DNA of 63,710 nt, filler included, from Chiloscyllium plagiosum (GCF_004010195.1; 7 parts of one record of this genome joined end to end with filler, not necessarily neighbours in it); one strand, 5' to 3'; positions 1 through 12,066 are shown, counted from the whole stretch's first letter. Notes: generated by a model not told the origin, from the sequence alone. Numbers and translations: made by a program.

Positions 1-189
1 AATGCTTTGCCTGCAACGGTAGTAGATTTGCCAACTTTAAGTACATTTAAGTCGTCATTGGACAAGCATATGGACGTACATGGAATAGTGTAGGTTAGAT
101 GGGCTTCAGATTGGTATGACAGGGCGGGACAATATCGAGGGCCGAAGGGCCTGTACTGCGCTGTAATGTTCTATGTTCTATGTTCTATG
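1..189 (+). mobile_element. CR1/HER1-type LINE 3' end
   Basis: 3' UTR ending GGGCCGAAGGGCCTGT...(ATGTTCT)n; the same tail is at 43812 and 55125. Confidence 0.85.
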
Positions 190-363
190 GATGGAGCTGC
201 TTTTGTCAGGTATATTCAGGAGGATTTCCTTATTCAATATGTAGACAGGCAGGGCCGAAGGGCCTGTACTGCGCTGTAATGTTCTATGTTCTATGTTCTA
301 TGGATGGAGCTGCTTTTGTCAGGTATATTCAGGAGGATTTCCTTATTCAATATGTAGACAGGC
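138..363 (+). repeat. Perfect 113-bp tandem duplication
   Basis: 138-250 is identical to 251-363. Confidence 0.95.
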
Positions 364-1467
364 CAACGAGGGGAGAGGCCATTTTGGATTTGGTGCTCGG
401 CAATGAGCCAGGATAGGTGTCAGATCTCGCGGTGGGAGAACACTTTGGTGACAGTGACCACAACTGCCTCACGTTTACCACAGCCTTGGAGAGGGAAAGG
501 AGCAGTTACCGAGGGAAGATATTTAATTGGGGAAAAGGAAATTATGACGCTATCAGACAGGAGTTGGGAAGTACAGACTGGGAGCAATTGTTCCACAGAA
601 AGGGCACAGCAGACATGTGAGGACTGTTTAAGGAGCAATTTTGCGAGTGATGCACAGATGTGTTCCTCTGAGACAGGTAAGAAGGGGTAAGATTAAGGAA
701 CCTTGGATGACGAGAACAGAGGAGCTTCTCATCAAAAGGAAGAAGGCAGCTTACGTAAGGTGGAGGAAGCAAGGATCTAGCACAGCTTTAGAGGATTACA
801 GGCTTGCTAGAAAGGAGCTCAGAAATGGACTGAGGAGAGACAAAGGGGGCACGAAAAAGGTTTGGCAAGAAGGCTTAGGGAGAACCCAAAGGCATTTTAC
901 TCATACGTGAGGAATAAGAGAATGATCAGGGAGAAGGTAGGGCCGATCAGGGATAGTGTAGAGAACTATGTGTGGAGTCTGAGCAGATAGGGGAAGCCCT
1001 AAATGAGTTTTTTGCTTCAGTTTCAACCAAGGAAAGGGACCTTGTTGTGAATGAAAACTTTGAGGAGCTGGGATACAGGCTTGACCAGATCAAGATTGAT
1101 GAAGTTGATGTGCTGGAAATTTTGGAAAACATTAAGGTTGATAAGTCCCCAGGGCCAGACCAGATTTATCCCAGGCTGCTCTGGGAAGCGAGAAAGGAGG
1201 TTGCTGAGCCGCTGGCAAGGATATTTGCCTCCTCACTCTCCACGGGAGTTGTATCGGAGGATTGAAAGGAGCTGAATGTTGTTCCTCTTTTCAAGAAGGG
1301 GAATAGGGAAATTGCTGGCAATTACAGACCAGTCAGTCTTACATCTGTGGTCAGCAAAGTTTTGGAAAGAATTCTGAGGGATAGGATTTATGACTATTTG
1401 GCAAAGCATAGTGTGATTAAAGGCAGTCAGCATGGCTTTGTGAGGGGCAGGTCATGCCTCACAAATT
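190..1467 (+). mobile_element. CR1 LINE ORF2 fragment (endonuclease end to RT start), disrupted
   Basis: PTRGEAILDLVL, GDSDHN, KSPGPDQIYPRLL, NYRPVSLTS and QHGF motifs; in-frame stops. Confidence 0.92.
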
Positions 1468-1744
1468 ACTTATGTGCATTTGTGTCTCTTTAATAATTAA
1501 GCTCACTTCATTTCCATGCGTTCCCCACTCTCCCCAACTTCCCCAAGAAACTATATCGAGCCAGTTTACAAGGTGAAAGTCAGACCACTTACTTGGTGGT
1601 GACAGCTCTCCACTTTGATCTCCAGCTCCGTCATCTCCTGCACCTTTCATGGGCACCATCACCTTCTACCTTTCCTCCTCACAATTGGGAACTGCCAAAC
1701 CACCAGCCTCACTACATCATCGTGGCTGCTTCCAGAATAGCAAG

Positions 1745-1931
1745 CTATGGCAGATGGAGTTCAAACTGGATAAATGCGAAGTGATGCATTTTGGAAGGTC
1801 GAACTCGAATGCTGAATATAGGATTAAAGACAGGATTCTTGGCAGTGTGGAGGAACAGAGGGATCTGGGTGTGCAAGTACATAGATCCCTCAAAGTTGCC
1901 ACCCAAGTGGATAGGGCTGTTAAGAAAGCAT
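1745..1931 (+). mobile_element. CR1 RT C-terminal fragment
   Basis: WQMEFKLDKCEVMHFGRSN...RDLGVQVHRSLK. Confidence 0.9.
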
Positions 1932-1932
1932 A

Positions 1933-2012
1933 GACACACACACACGCACACACATGCACTCACCCTAACAGGCAATCACAACCCTATTTCCCCACATACA
2001 CACACACATACA
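1933..2012. repeat. Imperfect (CA)n microsatellite
   Basis: Direct observation. Confidence 0.8.
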
Positions 2013-2015
2013 CAA

Positions 2016-2802
2016 ACAAGTTTGTGAGGTGAATTTGTAATTGCACAGTCACATTGTACTTTGCTCAAAAACTGCATGAATCCATTAAGATTATGTTAAT
2101 TTGTTTTTTAGATTAGAATCAATCTAAACATTATGGCACAGACAGCAGCACAGAGGTGTGCTAATACCCAATACATTGTCTGGGCTGACACCAATTGTTA
2201 AAGTTCACTTGAGAGTATAACTTTTAAAAAAGGTTTTGCAATTTACATGTGAAAGAAGTGAAACTATCATGGTCATTCTAACAGATGAGAGACTTAACAA
2301 ATAATTAAGGTATTTTTCAATGTATAATTTCAGTTACATCATACTGTAAACTTTGGCTATAAATTCTGTGTCCTATAATCTTATACTCCACAACAACCTA
2401 ATGAAGGTTAAAAATCCCACAACACCAGGTTATAGTCCAACAGGTTTAATTGAAAGCACACGAGCTTTCGGAGCAACGCTTTTTCATCAGGTCGTTGTGG
2501 CCACCTGATAAAGGAGTAGCGCTCTGAAAGCTAGTGCTTCCAATTAAACCTGTTGGACTATAACCTAGTGTTGTGGGATTTTTAACTTTGTACACACCAG
2601 TCCAACAACGACATCTCCAAATCATGACCTAATGAAGAAGGGCTTATGCCCGAAACATCGATTCTCCTGTTCCTTGGATGCTGCCTGACCTGCTGTTCTT
2701 TTCCAGCAACACATTTTCAGCCAATGAAGGAGTAGCACTCTGAAAGCTAGTGCTTCCAATTAAACCTGTTGGACAATAACCTGGTGTTGTGTGATTTGTA
2801 AC
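2016..2802 (+). mobile_element. Penelope-like terminal repeat with two nested pLTR insertions
   Basis: Homologous to 24740-25060; hammerhead-like CTGATGAAGGAGCAGCGCTCCGAAAGCTAG consensus; target duplications ACCTAATGAAG and AATGAAG. Confidence 0.7.
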
Positions 2803-3239
2803 TAAATGCTAAGGCTTTGGTAAAAAGGTAACTCAGGTCCACATTGTAACTCCACTCTTTCAATGGTTATAGGTTCATTTTCAGAAAACAGGAACGAATA
2901 ATCATCTTACAAAGTATTGCCTTCAGACCCAGCCAACCTCTGCTACTACTTTTATACCAAAAGATCACTGTATTTAAAACAAATTTAAGTCAACACTCTC
3001 ACATCAGATATATTTCATAAACCTCAGATTTCACTCATTACTAGATCCCCATCTTTCTGCAATTAATTTAAAATCAATTAACTCTTCGTAATATTTCCAT
3101 CATCTGCTCTTTCATTCTATCAGATGTCAGGCATTCTTTCAGATCAGATTACATGATTCTAAATTTCTAAGGACTGCTTATATTCAGTCTGCTTGTTAGC
3201 ATTGAACAATTAGCCACTAATTCCAAACTGAACTAACCC

Positions 3240-3650
3240 TACTTCAATATAAAACAAGAGAAACAGAAGCTGCAGTAGACCATTTGTCTCCTCAAAATCT
3301 TGTACATTTTAAGAAAATATTCCTTTATTCTCTGAAGTTCTACTGAAATTTGACATACCTGTTTATCCCTTCTTGGTAAGTCAACTCCTTGGTCCTAGGA
3401 ATCAGCTGAGTGAATCTCTATTAAAATGCCTTCAATGCCAGTATAACTTTTTAAACATACTATGATCAAAACTTGTACACAAGTGTGGCCTCACTAATGC
3501 TCTGTAAAACTGTGATGAGTTTCCTTATTTTGAAACTCTAAGGTCTTCACAATACAGCTCAAAAGTCGATGTGCCGTTTTAATGACTTGCAGGCGCCTTC
3601 AGAATACTGGTTCCTTCTGTTTAATGCATGAGAACACCTCGATTCCACTG
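3240..3650 (-). mobile_element. Old CR1 3' fragment
   Basis: QVIKTAHRLLSCIVKTLEFQNKE...ALVRPHL on the minus strand. Confidence 0.65.
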
Positions 3651-4167
3651 CGATGGTCCACCTTCTGAGTCTTCCTATGGATGTGCACATTTTCACAGTT
3701 TTTCACTTAAACTTTGCCCCTATGTCATTTGATCGTGTGGTCTCATATTATTTGGTATAAAACATTTTTAAAAAATGGAACGCATTGTTTTGAAATTTCC
3801 ATCACTGGTAAATGCCAGGAACATATAGCTCATTCTTTTAAATGATACATTTTATGCAGATGTCTGAGCTGAGCTCATGAGTGCAGGAAGGTTTATAATA
3901 GTTCTTATGGAAAAGATAGTTAAATGTAGCCTTTTAGTGAGGGTGTTGAAAAGATCAGAAGATTAGTACCTAAGAGATGGAGACTCGCACTTTTGGCGAG
4001 ACAGTAGATTTACCATTCTTAGTAGAACTATTCGTAAGAATTCTAAAAATGGATTCAGCACCAACACCCATTGAGGACAACATCAATAATAAGTCATTAT
4101 ATAATAACATACACTCACAAAATGTGTAAATGAGCAAAGACTGAGGATCCATATTGCAGTTTTAAAG

Positions 4168-4551
4168 AACCTTATAGAGGTTTATAAAATCATGAGGGGC
4201 ATGGATGCGATAAATCGACAATGTCTTTTCCCTAGGGTGAGGGAGTCCAGAACTAGAGAGCATAGATTTAGGGTGAGAGGGGAAAGATATAAAAGGGACC
4301 TAAGGGGCAATTGTTTCACACAGAAGATGGTATGTGTATGGTATGAGCTGACGGAGGAAGTGATGGAGGTTAGTACCATTGCAGCATTGAAAAGGCATCT
4401 GGATGGGTATATGAATAGGAAGGGTGTAGAGGGATATGGGCCGGTTGCTGACAAATGGGAGTAGATTAGGTTAGGATAGCTAGTCAGCATGGTCAAGTTG
4501 GACCAAAGAGTCTGTTTCTGTGCTATACATCTCTATTACGATATGACTCTA
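4168..4551 (+). mobile_element. CR1 LINE 3' end
   Basis: LIEVYKIMRG..LFPR..TREH..WYELTEEV motifs plus 3' UTR. Confidence 0.9.
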
Positions 4552-4574
4552 ACCCCTCCAAAAGCCAGGAAAAG

Positions 4575-4770
4575 GAGAGAGTTTGATCATGTGCTGGATG
4601 AATCGAAAAGTGTGGAAAAGCACTGCAGGTTAGGCAGCATTCGGGGAGTTCGAGATTCGTGGCCTTCATCAGGTATGTGGAGGTGGGGGCAGGAGGGGTC
4701 TAAGAGATAAATAGAAGGGAGGGGATAGAGCTGGGGGGAAGGTAACTGGGAAGGTAACTGGGAAGTGGAC
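4575..4770 (-). mobile_element. Penelope-like terminal repeat fragment
   Basis: Similar to 43190-43395 and 50260-50870. Confidence 0.6.
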
Positions 4771-4780
4771 CTGCGTCCAC

Positions 4781-5232
4781 TACAAAATACCATGCAAGGA
4801 CTGCACTAAACACTATATAGGACAAACAGGAAGACAGCTAACAATCCGCATACATGAACATCAACTAGCCACGAAAAGACACGACCAGCTATCCTTAGTA
4901 GCCACACACGCAGACAACAAGCAACATGAATTCGACTGGGACAACACTACTATCATAGGGCAAGCCAGACAGAGAACAGCCAGGGAATTCCTAGAGGCAT
5001 GGCATTCATCCACAAACTCCATCAACAAACACATCGACCTGGACCCAATATACCAACCACTACAGCGGACAGCTGAAACTGACAACCGGAAGCGGCAGGG
5101 AAAGACCACTATAAACACCGGAGGAAACATCAAAGAAGCGCTTCGCAGGAGGCTCCCAAGCACTGATGATGTCGCCTAGCCAAGGGACGAAACGTTTGCA
5201 ACAAAAACTTACAGCTCGGCGAACAGAACCAC
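4781..5232 (+). mobile_element. Penelope-like element GIY-YIG endonuclease and terminal repeat (open frame 4781-5179)
   Basis: YKIPCKDCTKHYIGQTGRQLTIRIHEH...AREFLEAWHS..SINKH, uninterrupted to TAG at 5177-5179. Confidence 0.9.
5160..5199 (+). ncRNA. Minimal type I hammerhead ribozyme motif
   Basis: GCA-CTGATGA-tGTC...GAC-GAAAC-GTT-TGC: core boxes, stem I, stem II and palindromic AACGTT stem III. Confidence 0.75.
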
Positions 5233-5275
5233 ANNNNNNNNNNNNNNNNNNNNNNNNNNNNNNNNNNNNNNNNNN

Positions 5276-5436
5276 ATCAATCTTCTTTGTTACTTCTTCA
5301 AAAAACTCAATCAAGTTTGTGAGACATGATTTCCCACGCACAAAGCCATGTTGACTATCCCTAATCAGTCCTTGCCTTTCCAAATGCATGTACATCCTGT
5401 CCCTCAGGATTCCCTCCAACAACTTGCTCACCACCG
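5276..5436 (-). mobile_element. CR1 RT fragment
   Basis: SQHGFVRGKSCLTNLIEFFEEV. Confidence 0.92.
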
Positions 5437-5784
5437 AGAGAAAGCTGAATTAACGTTTACAGGTCGTCAGGACTGTTTGTAGTAAGGAAATGGTTGGTGT
5501 ATATGCTGAAGATGGGGTGTGGTGGCTGGGAGGGGGCGGGGGGGGGGGGTAGTGGGTGGGGATGGTGGTTGGCGGAGTTAATGATAGATGGAGGTGGAGC
5601 CTAGTGAGGGATAAAAACAGTTAGGCAGACAAAGGAAGGGGTAAAGTTCAGATTGGGAGAATGAATAGCTGTTAATGGGGACCATTAGTGGCTGACCATG
5701 TGTAGTATGTGATAGCAGCCCATTTGATGACAAGGCCTTGTATGTGGGAGTTGGGGTAAGGATATGAAAGAAGGTGCTTGAAAT

Positions 5785-6540
5785 AACTCCACAGAAGCCA
5801 GCATCCTGTCACCAAGTCATCCTTCAGTTACACATGCACAGTACATGGCACTGATCCAGCTCCCTCAGAGCCAGCTTCTAGAATGAATAGAACCTCTGAC
5901 AGTCCTGTTTAGATCTGCCAGTCAGGGCACCCTGATTAACAGCCCCACTCAGGATGATCTCATTACAATCGCTAAAACCTTCCCCTCAAGATCCTGGGAC
6001 ATAAATCTTTTCTTTTTCTTATAGCCTCTCCAGGGGCATTTTTGTACTCGGTCCAGTTCCTCCAAATCAGCCTCAGATACAGGCAGCGTGGACCACACTG
6101 TCGTCTGCCTCTTGCATCCTGAGCGTCTCAGAAGAAATTCCTCTTCTTCAGGTGATAAAAGCATCAAGGTAATGACACTCGTCGTGGCCATCTCAGTCTC
6201 TGAGGTTTCTCCAACAGTAGATAGAGGGGAGAACACCAGGGTTCTGTCAGCCTTTCTGGCTGGTTTTTGCAGCTGGTTATACTTTGTTTCTGCCCCATTT
6301 GTGCGTTTGCAGCTTTCATGTGGTCAACATGCTTATTCAGGACTGCCTCACCCACGTGAACTTTGCACATCACGGGATCTGACCTCACATTGACCATGCC
6401 TCTTACCCATACAGGCCCATCTCCATGGTTTCAGCATCAAACCCATCCCCTGAAGGAAGTGTCTTGTCTCCAGCATTGGCATTCCTGATGTCGTTTTACC
6501 TTTGCCCCCAGTTCCGCGAAGATTAGGTTTAACCTGGTGT
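5785..6540 (-). mobile_element. Gypsy (K02A2.6-like) integrase C-terminus and probable LTR remnant
   Basis: NLIFAELGAKVKRHQ...DPVMCKVHVGEAVLNKHVDHMK resembles the GPVSY..V...RHVDQL tail. Confidence 0.6.
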
Positions 6541-6930
6541 GGAGACAAGGGAGGGAGGGGAATATGAGTCTGGCTGTGGCATCTCACTGGAGGTGACAAA
6601 AGATGGCTAATGATCTTTTAGATGCGAAAGCTGGTGGGATGGTTGGTAATGACAAGGGGAACCCTATTGCTGTTGTGGAAAGGAAGAAATGGGGATGAAG
6701 GCAAAAGTGCAGGAGATGGGTAAGACACAGCTGTGTGCCCTGTTAACCGAGGTGCTGGGGAATCCTTCGTTGAGGAAGAAGATGGACATTTCGGAGACTC
6801 CCTTATCACATCTGGCATCATTGGAGCAGATGCAATGGAGCTGGAGGAATGAGAGAATGGAAGAGAATCTTTACAGAAAGCAGCAAGTGAGGAAGGATAG
6901 TCAAAGGTAACTGTGGGAGTCAGTGGGGTT
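6541..6930 (-). mobile_element. Penelope-like RT/endonuclease linker fragment
   Basis: NRVPLVITNHPTSFRI matches TPLVLTYHPT at 23689-23995. Confidence 0.7.
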
Positions 6931-6934
6931 CGAT

Positions 6935-7113
6935 TACTGTTGCTGCATCAAATTACTGGAACCTCCTCCCTAGCAGCACCATGTGTGTCCCTACACCATA
7001 TGGACAGCAGCGGTTTAAGAAGGCAGCTCACTCCCACCTTCTCAAGGGCAGCTAGGGATGGGCAATAATGCTGGCCCAGCCACTGACACCCACATCACAT
7101 GTACAAATAAAAA
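6935..7113 (+). mobile_element. LINE 3' tail (family shared with Deu-type SINE tails)
   Basis: CAGCGGTTTAAGAAGGCAGCTCAC..CTTCTCAAGGGCA..GGGCAATAA; recurs at 35140-35345. Confidence 0.6.
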
Positions 7114-7355
7114 CAATTGAATGATTATGATCTGGAATACACTGCTTATCAGTGTGATAGATGCAGATTTAATCATAGAATTCACAGAAAGGTATTGAGT
7201 AGCTATCTAAAGAGAAACAAATCCCCCCCACACTGAGAGCTGTCATTGACATCCTCTAAAAGTTTCCATCTTGTTCCACAGGCCCTTTTACACTTCTACT
7301 CCAGTTTGTGAATTTCTGATGTTATTCATTTCAAAACTTCAGGGTAGATCCATAC

Positions 7356-7463
7356 CTCAAGCAGGATGGGCTCAGGAGAAGTTGGAGTATTGTAAATACA
7401 TTTTACTTGAACACACTCTGGACAACAATCATTTTTATCACGAGAGTCTCTCAACTCAAAGCC
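7356..7463 (-). CDS. Internal exon of mucin/otogelin/VWF-like gene (VWC-like): GFELRDSRDKNDCCPECVQVKCIYNTPTSPEPILLE
   Basis: ttctttcctag acceptor, GAG|gtatgg donor, 108 bp, phase 0/0, CCxxCVQxxC motif; in phase with exon 13754-13911. Confidence 0.8.
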
Positions 7464-8112
7464 CTAGGAAAGAACACAGAAGACTGAATTAAATATTTTG
7501 AATTCATAATTTCAGCTCATGCACTGGTCTGAAATTTGTAAATGTAATCACATTGAAACAGTCAGCACTGTCATGACTACAGAGGCAAAAAATGATGAAA
7601 TCTTTTGATTGCTGCTCCTGATCCCCTACACCTCCTTTTGGGTACAGTTTCTTGTTATGTATCCTTGCATGTGGGCATCATTGGATAGGCCAGCATTGGC
7701 TGTCCCCCAACCCCGAACTGTGCTTGGAGCCAGTGATTAGCCATTTCAAAGGGTAATTGAGACATTGGGGAAACCTGAAAGGAAACCAGAACACATGACT
7801 GGTGGAACCAGCTTGTCATTTGTTCTGAATAACTTCCACGTCAGACACTGGCTCGCAACATCTCAGCGTATGATCCTTGGATAGCAGACAAGTGCATTCC
7901 TCCTTCAGGGACATTTGTATCCTTCTTCTGCCAATCTGTCCCAACCAGGTTGGCACTTCTACCAGGCATTGGATGGGTGCTCTGGAAGCACACAGAGTGC
8001 ACCAGCAATGGTGGGGACATTTTGCGTACAGGGGCAGGTACTCAGCTCATAGGCTGGACCAGGCTGTCTTTCAGGGTTGCATGCTGGCTCTCTTATCACT
8101 CACTAATTTAGC

Positions 8113-8540
8113 TTCAGAGAATAAAATGAAACACTGTGGATGATGGAAATCTGAAATAAAAACAGAAAGTGCTGGAGGAACTCAGCAAACCTGGCAGACA
8201 TGAAGAGAGAACAAAAAAGTTTTGACTATGGTTACCCTTTGTAGAGAGAGAGAGAGGGAGGGAGGGAGAGAGAGAGAGAGACAAAACGAATAGATAAACA
8301 ATGCAATTGCTGATGATAAGCTGTGAGAGATAGAAGCTGTGTAGATTGAGAACAGTAATTGGCTGTGCTGGGAGCAACCCTTACAAAAGGGAACTGAAGT
8401 GTGTGGGGGAGTGCAGCAAACATGGAAGAGTGTGATCCCATTCTGAAATTGTTAAATTCAATGTTGAGTCCTGAAGATGAAAAGGTCTCTTGGCAGAACA
8501 TGCAGTGTTGTTGCTTCAGCTTGCATGGGACTGGGTTTTG
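8113..8540 (-). mobile_element. Penelope-like 3' end (GIY-YIG C-terminus + pLTR) with (GA)n run
   Basis: QQHCMFCQETFSSSGLNIEFNNFR resembles EERLIFRLGTLQPQGMNVDFSSF. Confidence 0.65.
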
Positions 8541-10586
8541 TTCCTGTCTTTTGCCCCTCTGTACATAAAGGTATTTGCTGCCAAAGAGTTGTTCCAGAGT
8601 GACAATCCTTGGGGGTTTCAACGTAGAGAGATGGTCAATACTGGATGGCCAAGGATTAGGAACTTACATGTCTGTGTGCTATACCTTTCATGGAGCATAT
8701 GAACAGTAGTTGCTGCAGCTCCCTCGAGTCACCTGCCCACCCACTTTCACTGAGCTCACAGCCACTTTCTTCCCTTTGACATCCAGCATTATGATTGAGT
8801 TCTGAGTTCTGAAAAGCCATACTGGATTTGAAACATTAACTGTTTCTCTCTCTATAGACACTGCCAGACCTACAGAGTTCCTCCAGCACTCTCCGGTTTG
8901 GTGTAGTCGGCTATCAGTGCAGACCTTCATTCATTGAGTTCTTGTGTGTGGCCATGAACTACTGCTGGCTGGTATGAATATGTGCCCAATGCCTATACAG
9001 AGAATCTCAAAAGAGATGCATGAAAATTAAAGTCATCATCATTCATTTATCAGTACTTTTATTTATAAAAAAGTGTCCTTCCCCAGGATCTTCAAAGCAC
9101 CCTCAATAAATGTCTTCTTTCTCTTTCTCCCACTATGGTTCACAGCACTCCCTGGTTTTGCAGCTGGGATGCAGGACAAACCAGATATATGGAGGATCTT
9201 ACTGTCAGGGGCAGGTTGTCTCTTTTCATTTTGGACTTTCAAGGATTAAAGTTGGGCAGGTAGGGTGGAGGTGGAAGGTCCAGTCACCTCAGCTTGTGCA
9301 TAGTTCCTCCTTTGGATGGGTGCCTCCTGCTGTCTCTTTGTGATGAAGGTGCATCTAAACTTGGGTTCAGGATCACCAAGCCCTTTGCCCCCATAACGTT
9401 TGAGAATCAATGGCTGGAGCAATGAGGTACAAGTTTGTGTGCATCTCTGACAGCTCTGAGGGTGCTAGGCCGAGCCCTTCATGCCAGCCACCAACCTGTC
9501 CATGGAGGTAGTCAGATGGTCACATGACTTGTTGCGCTAATGAAGCTCTTGGGCAATGAGGGTCATTGTGTTGCCTGATTGCCAATGGCCAAGGCATTTC
9601 AACCTTAGCCAACTGCAGAACTATTGCTCTGAGGCTCTCACAATATTGTGTATCTAGACTTTCTATGCCTGCGGTGCCACCTCCCAACCCTACAACCCAA
9701 GGGTGTCAGTATCTGGGCAGTGCAGAAGGCAGCCTTGCTGATATTCTTTCTGAGACCTCTGAATTCTTTTCCTCAGAGGTTCAGGAGGATGCTTCCTCCA
9801 TCCCTGATTATTTCCCCACTGATGTCATGGGTAAGACTTATGGAACCTGCAAGTAAAAAGAGAGAGAAGGCATGGCGGTCACTGGTTAGAAACAAAGATT
9901 GGGTGCGATAATGGGACTGAGGGGAGTGTGGCAGCGCCATACAGAGTGGCAAGAGGGGTCTTGGTTTTGTCCTTCAAGGGTTAGAATTCTCTCCTTATAT
10001 GGGTAAGGATTTGGATGTCAGGCAGAGTAGACACTGACCTAGTTTCTGCATTGCTGGCTGTTCTTCCACAATCTGGGATCAGGCTAACAAGGCATGGTGG
10101 TGCAAGACCTCCAGGTTGGAGAATTGCAGTGACATCTTCCCCTTCTCCTACATGTTGTGCACATGTCCTTTAATGAGCAGAGCAGCCTGGGAATGCTCGC
10201 CTGGGTGTACATCGGGTGCTTTAAAGATGGCTTGGGTTCATGGGATGCTAGCCAATGAATGGTCACTGGACTCAAAACATTAACTCTGTTTTCTCTTCAC
10301 AGATGCTGTCAGACCTACTGAGTTTTTCCAGCAATTTCTTTTTCTGTTTGTTTCAGATCTCCAGCATCCACAGTTCTTTCTTTTACTCCAGTAAGTTGTG
10401 GCCCAATTAACTGTACCTCTCCTCATACGATAAGCCCTTCACCCCAGAGGTCATTATTAAAAACTGTACATAATGCTTCAGGCGTTGTCTGATCAAGGCC
10501 TTGTGCAACTACAGTAAGACATTTTCATTCCTGTTCTCAGCTGTTCTGTCAATAAAAGTCAATATGCTATTTATCTTCCTAAATGC

Positions 10587-10920
10587 TGGGGAGGCAATGG
10601 CATTATCAACAGACCATTGGTCAGAAACTCGGGTAATAACGTTCTGGGGACCCAGGTTTGAATCCCACCATGGCAGATCGTGAAATTTGAATTCAATAAA
10701 AATCTGGAATTAAGACCCTAATGAACATGAAACCATTGCCAAATGTCAAAAAGAAATTGATTCACTAATGTCCTTCAGAGAAGGAGACTTCTGTCATCCT
10801 TGGTCCAACCTTATGAGATTCCAGACCCATAGCAATGTGATTGACTTCCAACCACAATTTAAGATGGGCAATAAATGCTGGTCTAGTTTGCGATGTAGGC
10901 AGACCGCAGATGAATAAAAT
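10587..10920 (+). mobile_element. tRNA-derived Deu-type SINE (SacSINE1-like)
   Basis: B-box GGTTTGAATCCC, conserved body and LINE-derived GGGCAATAAATGCTGG tail; copies at 26330-26950 and 49620-49890. Confidence 0.55.
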
Positions 10921-11430
10921 GAAAATGGTTGCTCCACCTGCAGGACCCCTTTTATATCAACATTTTTCAATCTATCATTATTTAAATAATATTCTGCTAT
11001 TCTGTTGTCCAAATGGATATCTTCACCCCACATTAGACTGAATCTCATGTACAGTATTTGTCCTCTCATACAATTTATTAGAATCATATTGAAGCCTCAT
11101 TATTTCCTACTCTCCACTCACAATTCCTCACAGTTTTCAGTCATTAGCAAACTTGAAATTATTTCATTTGATCAAAGCATCAATAAAGAGGAAGAAAATA
11201 AACTTTGAGTGAAAACTTGCAGGTATTATGAACATGGACAGCAGGAGCTTCTTTAAATGTATAAAAAGGAAGAGAGAAGCCAAAGTGAACACAGGCCCCA
11301 TGGAGAATGAGAGTGGGGAAATAATAATGAGGATAATGCAGACAGGATTTCCCAGAATGTTGCCATGGCTGAAGAATTGTAGCTACAAGGAGAGATTGGG
11401 GCTGTTTTCCTTTGAACACAGCCCCACAGT

Positions 11431-11765
11431 GGGTGGCACCATAGCTCAGTGGCTAGCACTGTTGCCTCACAGTGCCAGGTTCAATTCCAACCTTGGATGA
11501 CTGTCTGTGTGGAGCTTGCACATTCTCCATGTGTCTGCGTAGGTTTCCTCTGGGTGCTCCAGTTTCCTCCCACAATCCAAAGGTGTGCAGGTTCAGTGAA
11601 CTGGCCACGCTAAATTGCCCATTGTGTTTGGGGACATGTAGATTAGGTGGATTAGTCAGGGGTAAATAAAGGGTAGGGGAATGGGTGTGGGTGGGATACT
11701 GTCCAGAGCCCAGTGTGGACTTGTTGGGCCGAAGGACCTGTTTCCACATGTAGGAATTCTAATCT
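11431..11765 (+). mobile_element. HE1-type SINE inserted in CR1 fragments
   Basis: tRNA A/B boxes, V-SINE core GGTTTCCTC..GGTGCTCC, LINE-like tail. Confidence 0.85.
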
Positions 11766-11879
11766 TAAAGAACAGAGAAGGCTGGGGGTGGTGACATGAT
11801 CAAGGTGTACAAATGTACAAGGGTCAGAAATGGCTCACAAGAATGCTTCCAGGGATAAGGACCTTCAGTTATGAGGGAT

Positions 11880-12066
11880 CATAGAATCCCCACAGTGTGG
11901 AAATAGGCCATTGGCCCAACAAGTCCACACCGACCCTCCGAAGACCAACCCACCCAGACCAATTCCCCTGCCCTATTACTCTACATTTAACCCCGACTAA
12001 CTCACAGATCCTGAACACTATGAGCAACTTAGCATAGCCCACTCACCTAATCTGCACATCTTTGGA
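11880..12066 (-). mobile_element. HE1-type SINE 3' half
   Basis: Reverse complement of the HE1 tail. Confidence 0.75.

Noticed and set aside
3560..3700. Cystine-knot-like peptide (..YSEGACKS..) on the minus strand
   Set aside because: No splice sites, and another frame matches the CR1 RT C-terminus, so the similarity is coincidental.
3970..4152. MDPQSLLIYTF followed by gtgagt as a possible signal-peptide first exon
   Set aside because: No compatible downstream exon or homology found; support is insufficient.
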